Program-made: the position numbers and the translations under genes
Assembly: GCA_964016885.1 (NCBI GenBank)
Contig: OZ024752.1
Coordinates: forward strand, 44,144,001 to 44,208,000
DNA from: Eledone cirrhosa
Lineage: Eukaryota
Direction of reading: 5' to 3'
Length of the DNA: 64,000 nucleotides
Shown: piece by piece, positions 24,549 through 37,081 of the stretch
How the letters are laid out: each line of letters opens with the position of its first letter
Position numbering within the stretch: the first letter of the stretch is position 1
The notes under the pieces: model-generated
What the model saw: the letters and a program-made list of their open reading frames with translations, nothing else
What the model was told of the DNA's origin: nothing
Database searches by the model: none

Positions 24549-25564
24549 CAGTTTTAATTTCAAATAATCCATTTTAAAATAAAATATCATACATTTAATA
24601 TTACAGAAAACATGTAAAAGAAAAGGGAAAAATACTGATTATGTTATTTTTTATTGAAGGTTAAATAAATTTTTAATTAGAGCAGATAAAAGCAGAAGAC
24701 TTTAGATTGATCACCCTACAAAAATGTACTGTTACCTATATAACCTAAACTCAGACCAGGTACGAAGCTCGTAAGTTCTATAGAAGTATCAATATATTTA
24801 ATGTCTAGAGGTTTAGGGACTTTGTGACATGTTGATTAGAAAAAGATTCTATCTTTGTACACAAGATTATATGATAATATATAAAAGGTATGTAAAGTAA
24901 GAGGTTATCACCGAAGCCACTGTCAGAGAAGTTAGAAAATAAAATGAATTTAATTAGATTTTTCTGGCTGTGCACTCTTCCAAGTGTTTGTATATCTTCT
25001 GAAGATTACAAAGACAGCAAGGTTGATTCAATGGTCCTCTCAGAACCAAATATTCACTCATTGCAGCCTCTAACTCACAGATAGATGTGTTGTCAATTCA
25101 TTTTGCCATTTTTACTGCTCCTACAATAGTCTCTGCTTTCCACAGCTCATTAGTTATATTTCCTCTCTAAGCTAACTAAACATATCTTTCCTCCTCTTGT
25201 CCCGTTTATGACTCTTTCAGGCTTTGGAACTAACCACAAACCCTAATTCTTCCTTTCAACAATTTTAGCTTCAAATTATTTTCTCTTTACAAAATGACCA
25301 AAAATGAAAACCAGCCTAATCAATCTCACTAGTTTAGGTAAAGATTAACCCCTGACCAAGACCCTAAGGTTTTAGGAATTTCAGGCCCTCTCTGGCTTTT
25401 AAATCGTTCATCCCTCTACAGCAATAAAAAAAATAAAAAAATTGAAGGTTCCTAGTCCCTTCAGCCTAGTCAGCCTTGTGGTTAGAAAGAGATGCTTAAG
25501 GATCTTAGTAAAGATATCCCTAAAGTTCACAAACTCAACAGCCTTCTTTCACAATAATATATAT

Positions 25565-25905
25565 GACACATCTGGGACACCACATGTGACAAGTTCTCCA
25601 CCTCCAGCGTAGTCGTTTTGGCCACAAACCCCGGTACTGTGGCCCACCATGCAGAGGAAAGGAAGATAAACAAATATCGGGGATTGTCCAGCCACTTCCA
25701 GTTCTCACCGGTCACAGTTGAGATCTCAGGCGTACTTGGACCCCGTAGGTGCCGAGCTCCTCTGCAAGATTGGAATCTCAGTGGCCCATCTGAGGAAGGA
25801 GCCCCACGAGGTGGGGTGGCTGTTGCAGTGGGTGTTGCTGGCCATAGTCCACGAGAATACTTTTGTAGTCTTGTCCACAGGGTTCAGCCTCAATACCACC
25901 AAACC
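25565..25905 (+). mobile_element. Decayed CRE-like endonuclease fragment
   Basis: WDTTC...AEERKINKYRGLS...PVTVEISGVLGP, homologous to 21749-22099. Confidence 0.65.
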
Positions 25906-26339
25906 CTAGGCCCAGAGGCCAATTACCCCTCCCCATTCTTCTCTGACACTAGGACCCCTGCCTTTCCTTTATTTTCCCGTTTTTCTTTATATTTTCTTAT
26001 TTTACATTCCATACTTTCTTCTCTATCTATATTTTTTTCTTTTTCTATTTAATTGTTTTTTCTGTTATGAAAGAAACTAACATTAAATCGATGATATAAT
26101 CAGGAATATTAGATAATTTTCTTAAAAGGGGTGACCAAATTAAAGTGGTTGTCAAAAGAATTGACTACAATTAGTTCGCCATTTAAAATGTTTATTAAAC
26201 GAGTTGTTTATCATCTTTGAACTTCTCTCATCATTTATTGTATTACATAAACAAGTAAAATGTATCAATAATTTTACGTAATTAGTTATCTTTCACACCT
26301 ATCTTTGGAGTGTTCTAAGAGAAACCATCTTGATAACTC

Positions 26340-26456
26340 CAACCAATCAAACATTGCTTTCAGATCACATGGTTTTCCCTCTATATATATAAGGCCTTGT
26401 CAAGCTGATATCGGCCTCTTTTCCACTAATTCCTAGGGAAGGACGCTTCTATCAAA
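26340..26456 (+). promoter_or_regulatory. MAT core promoter: CCAAT (26343), TATA (26382-92), TCT/TOP-like start CTCTTTTCC (26416-24)
   Basis: Motifs read directly; about 30 nt between TATA and the predicted start. Confidence 0.65.
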
Positions 26457-29400
26457 ATGGCAGCGAATACCAACGGTAACCATTATGAAGATTTGGACAA
26501 GAATGTAGCTGATTATGAAAACAATACTTTCTTGTTCACATCGGAATCAGTTGGAGAAGGCCATCCAGGTAGGATTTGATTCTAATTATATTTGTTTTGT
26601 TATTCATATACGGTATAATGCTAGTGTATTTATGGAACATAACATCAATTGTTTTAGCCTGTCATTCTGATTCAGCCAGGAGATTCTCTTTAATGCATCT
26701 GTCTTTTCATTACACAATGTCTACATAGTTTTGTTGTTACTATTCCAGTTGTTCTATGTTTATTATAAAGAACATCTCCATCTCTGGGAGCCGGTTTCTC
26801 TCTCTCTCTCTCTTCTATTTCCACGTGATTATTTATTGCTAGTTTTTCTTTAGTTTATTTCTTGATACGATTTAAATCTAAAATGAAATTAAATATATTT
26901 TCTTCTGTTTTGTGTCGATCGTCAATCACACAATTTGGGTGCTTTATTTAATGATGGTTTCGTTGGTCGTTTTATATTATTCCCGCTAAATGGTTCTTGC
27001 TCGCACATGGAGAACAACAGAATCGTCTTGCTATTAAAATTCTAATTTCATTTTGTGATCGGTAAAGTGTTGTCATTGTTTACAAATTGTTATTTCAACG
27101 AACAAACCCCCCATGAGCTCAATATCGAACACGTGTAAATAATAACTGAATCTTTTCCTTTGTTTATCTTCCTAAGTCTTGTCTCTTTATATTTACTCTC
27201 AATATTCAGGGGAGTCACTTTCCTTAACGAAGCTCCTCTCTTTTTATATTCTTCATTAATCTTACTCTTTCTTTCCGCTACTCTAGCTTAACTAATTATT
27301 TTTATTATTAGTACCATAACTTTAGGGGGGATTTATTTAATATAAATAATTGCATGAAACGATCTTTTATATTTGTTGTGATTCCTCCTGTTATGATGTA
27401 ATTATTGCTTAATATAAAGTAATTTTGACATCAGTTTAATCCATAATTCGATGCTGTAACCAGGCAAAACAAGGTTTAATGATGTAAGGAGGGAGGGCTT
27501 TAACATTTTAAATCAAAATATGTTTTGTTATTTTTATTTCTCTTATTGTTTATGATGATACACGAGACATTACAAGCAATAATTGACACTAATTATGTTT
27601 TTACATCAATAATGTCTCCCGTTCCAGGTCGATTTTTGATGGTTGTTTTTTTTTTTTACTTTCTAGCAATAGATAAAAATAGACTGCAATTATCTTTATG
27701 TTTAAAGGTAATAATAGATTGTTATTATGTATAAAGGGATCATACTAAGCAGCAGTAATATAGTTGACTATATTCCTAAAACTGGGGTCTCGTACGATGA
27801 GAAACCCTTTTATGAGGTTAGAACATTAAATGTCACCTATTTTCATGTTGCACCGTTTAACTTTTCTAACGAACTTGCTACAAAATCATCTTTATGCCTC
27901 CAACAGAAATAATCATAAATATGGAATATCGCCAATTTTACATTGCTTCAATGTCTCTCATTAAAAACAAAACTGATTGTCCATTTTAATTCCACAATTC
28001 TGTATTTCATATGGATGCTGCATCGGTATTCTGCAGCACGGATTAAATTTATTCTTGTCCACCCTGGGAGGGTCGTGGGGACAGTCAAGTGCTCCTTCAA
28101 ACTGGTCCTGTCTCCAATTCTGTTGTAATAACTTTGACGTAAATGGTTATCTAATCTGGTAGTTCGTATTTCTTAAATTCTCTCAAGGTAGACTTTGCCA
28201 TTATGTTCTCTGTATAAAGGGAATTAAACTCTGGGTCAAAGCAGATGTTTTTATAAATAAACTAACTCTACGTTTAGCTGCCTCTTGCTATTGATGACAT
28301 TGGATCTTATATCTAGTCTACTGTTATCGTTCCCTCTTGAAACGGGACAAAATGTTTTAGATATGTATTTAGTGGTGGTGGGGACCTGAGATGATTGCAC
28401 GGTGGTGGTGTGTAAAGGAGGGCAGTTTAGGAAGGAAAAACTTAATGACTAACTGAACATCTTTGTTTTATATCAAAAGAGGTGGCAAGATAAGTAGATT
28501 CTATGGAAACAAACTCCCCTTTCTGATGGCTTTGTGTGGGATCTAAGTTGAAATTGAATTTCCATCTAAGTGTACACACCAGTGTAACTCAGCACACACA
28601 CCAGTGTAACTCAGCACATACACGAGTGTAACTCAGCACACACACCAGTGTAACTCAGCACACACACCAGTGTAACTCAGCACATACACGAGTGTAACTC
28701 AGCACATACACGAGTGTAACTCAGCACACACACCAGTGTAACTCAGCACATACACGAGTGTAACTCAGCACACACACACCAGTGTAACTCAGCACACACA
28801 CACCAGTGTAACGCGGCACACACACACCAGTGTAACGCAGCACACACACACTAGTGTAACACAGCACACACACACCAGTGTAACGCAGCACACACACTAG
28901 TGTAACTCAACCATTGAATTTCTCAGTTTGTACGATTTGAAAACAAAAATTATTTATTTATTTATTTAGAGCTTTCTCCTCCTTTTTCTCTGTTTCAGAC
29001 AAACTCTGCGATCAGATCAGTGATGCAGTCCTTGATGCTCACTTGGAGCAAGATCCAAATGCTAAGGTTGCATGTGAATGTGTAACCAAAACTGGGATGA
29101 TTCTTGTGTGTGGTGAAATAACATCTAACGCCAAAGTTGATTACCAGAAGGTTGTCCGTGATACTGTCAAGCGTATTGGCTATGATGACTCTTCTAAAGG
29201 TCAGATACCAAACATTATTTCCATCATCATCATCATCATCATCACTGTTTGACATCCATTTTCCATGCTGGTATGAGTTAGACGAGCTGTTGTGAGCAAT
29301 GTTAGGTCAGGTGACCATCTCATGCTCATACAGAACTGATTTTGGCTTGGTTTCTATACCTGGTTGCCCTCCCTAGTGCCAACCTCATTTTCAGTGAGTA

Positions 29401-32282
29401 CTGGGTGCTTTCTGTCGTGTCACCAGCACAACCACTTTACAGTGTGGACCGGGTGCTTTTTTGTGACACCTACACAACCACTTTACAGTCTGGACTGGGT
29501 GATTTTTTTTTTTTTTTTTGTTGTGACACCTACACAACCACTTTACAGAGTGGACTGGTGCTTTTTGTCTGTGTGTCCAATATATTTGTTGTTTTTAGTA
29601 TGTGCTTTGTATTTGTGTCTAGAAAGTTTTCCTCCATTTGTGTCTAGAAAGTTTTCCTCCATTAAAATGATTAAATTAAAAGTTATTTATTGTTAACATT
29701 TAAAATCTCTTCTAGGGTTTGATTATAAAACATGTAATGTCCTGTTGGCTGTTGAGGCTCAAAACCCTGAAATTGCTCAAGGAGTACATATTAATAGAAG
29801 TGAGGAAGATATTGGTGCCGGAGACCAGGTGAGACAGTTTACTTCTAAATTAAAACACATTGCTTTATAATGTTTGTCATTGAATTTATTTTAACTCTGC
29901 TGGCATTGACTAGTTTCTATATGCACAGATGGTTCTATAGAAATAGTGGACACCCTCCATTACCTAGGTGACAAAATCAGCAGTGATTGAGGGTGCTCTG
30001 AAAGTATAGTAGCTAGAGTCAGAACGGGATGGAAAAGGTTCAGAGAGCTTATACCACTATTGGCCGCTAAAGGGTTCTCTCTAAAAATGAAAGGCAGGCT
30101 GTATGTTGCCTGCATACGAACACCAATGTTACATGGCAGTGAGACTTGGGCATTGTGTGCAGAGGATATACGCAGACTGGAGAGGAACGAAGCTTGCATG
30201 CTCCGTTGGATGTGTAATAGTAATATACGTGAACGTCAAAGCATAAATGAACTAAGGGAGAAATTAGGAATAAGAGGGGTCAGATGTTGTTTACTCGAGA
30301 GAAGACTACGTTGGTATGGTCACGTGATGCGCATGAAAGACGACAGTTGTATATAAAAGTGCAGGGCGATAAAAATAGACGGTAGCCACGGAGTAGGCAG
30401 ACCCAGAAAAACCTGGGACGACTTGATAAATACCGACCTCACACACTTACACCTCTCCAAGACAATGTCACTGGACCGAGATCTTTGGCGCTACACAGTA
30501 ATACAGAAGACCCGCCTTACCTAAGTACAAAGCGAAACCTCCTCTAACAAAAATACACCTCCGTCCCACTACCCCCACCCTATCCACACCACCCCTTTCG
30601 ATGTAAAGTTATGTTGGTACCAGTCCAAAGTCATGTAGGTGTCACGACAAAAAAACACACAGTCCATGCTGTAATGTGGCCGTGTAGGTAACACGGTAAA
30701 AACCTCCCAGTCCACACTGTAAACGTGGCTGGTGTTAGGAAGGGCATCCAGCTGTAGAAAACCCGCCAGACAGTCCTATACGAGCAAGACAACCAATCTT
30801 GCCTCAAGTGGGAAAATTCCCGTCCAAACCCATGCAAGCATGGAAGATGGACGTTAAACGATGATGAGGTATACTTCACCCTGTGTCATTGGGTCCAGAC
30901 AAGTTAACACCCTTATAAATTGCTTGGGAAGGCACATGGCTTAGTGGTTAGAGAATTGGATTCACAATTGTGAGGTTGTGAGTTCAATTCTCGTACTGGG
31001 TGATGCATTATGTCCTTGAACAAAACACCTTTATTTTTCACGTTGTGGCTGGTAGATAATATCAGCAATGGAAAGACAAATGAAAACCTTGTTTCCTTGG
31101 CCCGATTCGACGAGCTCCACACTCTCCTATGTACTATACATGCACCTTTGATGAGTTGTAGTGCACCTGAGCACTGTACACAATAATTTCATTATTATTA
31201 TTAAACTATAACTACTGCAATCTGCAGTTATAGTTTGTATAGGAGAGTGTGTAGTAATAGGTGGAGTTTGTATACATTACGCTCTGTAATGTGGTTGGTA
31301 TTAGGGGGGGGACATCCAGCCATAGAAACCATGCTCCCAGTACACTCTGTAATGTGGTTGGCGTTAGGAAGGATATCCAGCTCTAGAAACCATGCTCCCT
31401 ATCAAGAACAAAATATAACAACCCATCTAACCCATGCTAACATGGTAAATAGTTGTTTTTAAACTGTTGATGATGATGATGATGATGATGATGATAATGT
31501 AAATATAACTATAAAAATACAAATAGGTGTATCTTCCATGATCTGGTTCTTTGGAGGCACATGGCTTAGTGGTTAGAGCATTGGCCTTGCAATCGAAAGG
31601 TTGTGAGTTCAATTCTCAGACCGGGTGATGTGTTGTTTCCTTAAGCAAGACACTTTATTTCACATTGCTCCAGTTTACTCAGCTGTAGAAATGAGATGAT
31701 AGGGATTGGGGTCCATATCATTCCACTCCAGAGTGGTTGTTCAGGTGCCACAGCAAAAAAGCACCCAGCACTCACTGTAAATGAGGTTGGTGTTAGGAAG
31801 GGCATCCAGCTGTAGAAATCAAGCCAGAATCAGTTCCCGTCCCACCCTTGCAAGCAGGGAAAAAGCGGACGTAAAATGAAATGATGAATGATGACAATCT
31901 AGATATATGTGTATTGTGTTTACATATATATATTGGTGCAATATATATATATGGAGGCACATGGCTTAGTGGTTAGAGCATTGGCCTTGCAATCGAAAGG
32001 TTGTGAGTTCAATTCTCAGACCGGGTGATGTGTTGTTTCCTTGAGCAAGACACTTTATTTCACATTGCTCCAGTTTACTCAGCTGTAGAAATGAGATGAT
32101 AGGGACTGGGGTCCCTATCATTCCACTGCAAAGTGGTCGTGGAGGTGCCACGGCAAAAAAGCACCCAGCACTCACTGTAAATGAGGTTGGTGTTAGGAAG
32201 GGCATCCAGCTGTAGAAATCAAGCCAGAATCAGTTCCCGTCCCACCCTTGCAAGCAGGGAAAAAGCGGACGTAAAATGATGA

Positions 32283-32335
<53 letters not shown>

Positions 32336-35300
32336 AATGATATTAGTAAATGGAAACTATATATTTCTAGAGATATGTATATATATTATGTTTACATACG
32401 TCATTACCCTATCTACATTTTCAAATGTAGGTGGGGTGCTATAGAAGTGGTTGATAGCTTCCGGTACCTAGGATAGATTAGCATGGGAGGGGGGTATTCC
32501 GAGGCCATAGTATCTAGAATAAGGATGGGTTGGAAGAAGTTTAGGGAGCTGCTTCCTCTGCTGACGAAGAAGGGTTTCTCCCTGCGTACGAAGGGTTGGT
32601 TATATGATGCCTGTGTGAGGAGCGCGATGTTGCATGGTAGTGAGACTTGGGCAGCAACTGCAGAGGATATGCGAAGGCTGGAGAGAAATGAAGCAAGCAT
32701 GCTCCGTTAGATGTGCGTGAACGACCCAGCATGGATGTGTTGAGAAAGAAACTGTGTCTGGTGAGGGATAGAATGTAGTGTGCGAGAGAAGAGACTGCGG
32801 TGGTATGGACATGTGATGCGCATGGAGGATGACCGATGGGTGAAGAAGTTCCAGGAAATGCCAGTTGAAGGAAGACGTGGTAGAGGTAGACCACGAACAT
32901 AATGGGCGGAGGTGGTGAGAGCTGACCTCAGATCACTGAAGCTCACGGAGATAACAAAGGGCCATGACAAGTGGAGAGATGCTGTGCTGAATAAGACCCG
33001 TCCCACCCTTGCAAACAGGGAAAAGCGGACGTAAAATGATGATGATGATGATATATATACATTGGTGCAGTATATATTTCCAGAGATATGTATATATATT
33101 ATGTTTATATACATACATTGGTGCAGTATATGTATAGATCAATAAATATTTTCACATTCTCTTTTAGTGATAATACCTTTAGTTGCCAAATATACCATCA
33201 GGGTATATACCATCAGTGGTGGGTAGATAGGTATATTGTGTGTTAGCATTGAGGACATTATTTGGAAACAGAGTTATGGCCCTTTACGTTCTGAGTTCAA
33301 ATCCCGCCGAGGTTAATTTTCACTGAAACCAGTTTTTCAAGACTATAATTATCTAAAGCTTTTTCATTAAATTTTTATGAGAAATGTTATATAGTTTAAT
33401 GAGAATGTTATATAATTTAATGAGAAAGTTATATTACTAAATCCTTCCAATTTTTTTTTTCTTCCAAAATTGAAACACGTCAGCAGTGTCTTTCATTAAA
33501 AATATAACGAGATTTAAAGAAGTCGGTTTTTTTGGTGATGACGTAATTTTGAGGTCAATCTTTTCCTCATAAACATAGAGAAATGACCTAATTCTGGATC
33601 TATACTATTTGTTTTCAATTATAATATAAAACAATCTGAAATTGAGAAGAAAATTTGAAGCAGTTTTATTTTGTTTATTAAAATATTTTCTTTTCTTCAG
33701 TGATGGTCATTGATTTAATTGTATTTGTGAAATAACACTATTTTGTGATCTTATAACACAGGTTGGGGGTAAATGGGTTGGAAAGGTTGGTGTCCAGTGG
33801 TATTGGGAGGTTATTTTGCAGTGTCAAATATTTTTATTTCATATATATATATTAGACATCTATGGATGGTTTTGAGTTGAAATGTCATATTTGAATGGCT
33901 AGTTCTTTGTTTATACAATACAATTTTATTGATGTGGGTTATCGTGGAAGATGGATGTTAAACGAAGATGATGATGATGGCTAATTATAGCATTGTAAAC
34001 CTGATAAAATAGGTCACTTGATGATTTATCTGTGGATTTCACTTTTGCTAAGGAATGTCCTACAGAAATGTATATTGAATGGTACTTTTCTTGTTTCGTT
34101 GATTTTTATGTTTAGATTTTGTCTTGTCTGATATTCAATTTATTCATCTTGTAAAGTCTATTGACAGTACTAAATGTTGGGTGGTGTTTTATATATTTTA
34201 TATGAATAGCTTTCACTTTTATACAAGTGAAGTTGATTGAGAATGGCCAAGAAATGTTTAGCCACCATTGGGATATGAGAAATTCCTGGACTGCTAGGAG
34301 ACAATTATTGTATTGCTAGTTGTATGAAAGGGTTAGAAGCTGAGGAATTGTGGATATTAGTAATAACAGGTTTCTCATTCTGTGTAAACAGAGAGGTGTA
34401 AGGCTGTATAGTACCAAGACATTGAATGAGGAAAGTGGTATGACTAGATGTTGAGTATGATCTATTGTGCAACATTATTGCATGAATAGTTAGGTGCAAA
34501 GCAAGATAATAATTGAATGTCTACCATCATTATTGACAGCTCTGGTCCACTAGTAACTGTTGACATACTTGTGACATGGAATAAAACCTGTAATACTAAG
34601 GTGATGAGTCATGGAAGACGTTACACTGGTTTTATAATACGGAAGTGTTTTTGTATTAAAACTTTCCATCGTAATTTTATTTGAACTTTTTGATAAGTAA
34701 TGCTCCAAATATTAGCTTACTAATGAAAAAAGTTATTTCATTAAATTCCTCCAAATTCTTGATTATTTTCCAAATTGAAACACCTGGCTTCAGAGACACA
34801 TTGATAGCAAATAAACGAAGTTACTGGGTGAAATACGTATTATGTCTAAAGGCATAAGTGGTGAGATTAGACTTAATAAGTTTGGGCTTGGAGAAAAATA
34901 ACAACATACCATAACGCAGACAATCCAACTCAGACAAACTAAAAAAATGTTAAATATATAAAAGACAGTAAAACAGTTTAATCTTTGCAATTGTAAGCTC
35001 ATTTTCAAAACAATTTGACAGGTTTTAGAGAATTGTTTTTCTTTCCTTCTGTTGTTTAACCTCAGATTATCAAGTTGTCCATTTATTTCCCAAAGCAATA
35101 TGGTTGGAGTCAAGGAAAATATGTCTGTTATTTCTAATACGTTGAACAACTACAAAGAATTTAACTTGTTTGGTAGTATTGGAATACATTTTGATAATGT
35201 TACTGTGACACTTCTAGCTACACAGATTTCACATTAGTTTTTATGTAATCTAAAATATTTTCATTCCTGCATGAATGACTTGATAGAAATAGTTTTGACA

Positions 35301-37020
35301 AGATTGGTAACACAGAATTAATGTCTAACACATTGTGTTAACATCTTTCAATGATTAGAAGTAGTTTTGGGTTAAGCTTGAAATATTTTTTGCAAGAAAT
35401 CATTTCTCCTATTTCACATGTGAATATTGTTGGTTATTTTTCTGACTTTGTTACGTATCTTTTGTTTCCTTATTCAGGGTCTTATGTTTGGCTATGCTAC
35501 AAATGAAACTGAAGAATGTATGCCACTAACTGTAGTTCTTGCTCATCAGCTCAATGCTAAAGTTGCTGTATTGAGGAGAAGCGGAGATCTTTGGTGGGCC
35601 AGACCTGACTCCAAATCACAAGTAAATAAATTTATCTATTATCTTTTTTATTTTAGAATTTAACCCTTTAGCATTTAAACCAGCTGTATCCCACCAGAAT
35701 TCTCTCACCTCTTTCTGTTCAAACCGGCTGTAACCAGCTACTCATACTGATACTAAGGTATTGATCTCAAAATAAATATCAAAATCTCATAGATTTGATA
35801 TTGAAGCCTTTACAATGAAAATACGATAGTAAATACAGAATAATGTAAATGTTAAAGAGTTAACTCAGAATTGTAGTCTATTTCTAATGCTTTTTGTTTT
35901 TCTCCTTAAGTGTTTTCTTTCTTAAAATGTATAAAATATTGTTTTTCAGGTAACTATTCGTTACAAATCTGAAAATGGAATGACCATTCCCCTGTATGTT
36001 CACAGCATTGTCATGTCTGTCCAACATGACCAAAATGTTTCTCTAGAACAACTAAGACGAGAATTGAAAGAAAAAGTTATAAATGCTGTTGTCCCAAGTA
36101 AATACATGGATGAGAAAACTGTCATACATCTTAATTCAGCAGGAAATTTTATCTTGGGCGGACCTATTGTGAGTTTCAAATGATACTTGGTTTTGTTTGT
36201 CTTTGATCACTTAAGCCTTCATATTTTGCCAGTATGAAAAGCTTGCATTAGTTTACTATGATTTAAAGCTAGTGTGTTATGTGTACTTGTGTACAGTGTA
36301 CACATAGTTCCAGTTGGTATTTGTCACTAGTTTAGTACTGAAATATGAATTTCTTTATATTTTGTATCAGTATCATCTAAATTCTATTAATCATCCTCTT
36401 GTACCTAAAGAATTAAAATATTTCACCTTCAAAATGATGGCATATCTTTGATTTTAGTGATATTTTTTAAGACCTTTAAGATATTGAAGACAGAAATGAC
36501 CGTGGTGGGGTGTTATCTCTGAGCATGCTTTGTGTCTCCCTATTTATATACACATATATATATACCTGCTATGGTTATGTAGCTTATAATTGAATGGAAG
36601 GGAGCATGGGTGGCATGTTGGTGTAATGGTAACACATTGGTCCGGCAAACCAAATATGTGGGTTCGTGTCCCATCTATGTCTATACTCATCCTTTAGGTT
36701 TTTTTAAAATCCCAACTAACAAACTAATTTTATTTAATCAAATATGGCGTAAGCACATGTTACTACCTAATTTTCAAATTCACTAGTTGTTTGTTAACAA
36801 AGCCTGCTTTGTGTCTCCCTGTTTATTTATATATATATATATATATATATAAACCTCCCAGTCCACACTGTAAACGTGGTTGGTGTTAGGAAGGGCATCC
36901 AGCCGTAGAAAACCCGCCAGACAGTCCAATACGAGCAAGACAACCAATCTTGCCTCAAGTGGGAAAATTCCCGTCCAAACCCATGCAAGCGTGGAAGATG
37001 GACGTTAAACGATGATGATG

Positions 37021-37081
<61 letters not shown>

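Noticed and set aside
27727-27912. 61-aa ORF in MAT intron 1 containing KTG, as a possible alternative exon
   Set aside because: No real similarity to MAT exons and no clear splice context.
28574-28910. Array resembling CRISPR repeats
   Set aside because: Head-to-tail units without variable spacers.
33530-34135. TGATGA...CTGA pairs in MAT intron 3 as C/D snoRNAs
   Set aside because: No terminal stems or recognisable rRNA antisense elements; such boxes are expected by chance.
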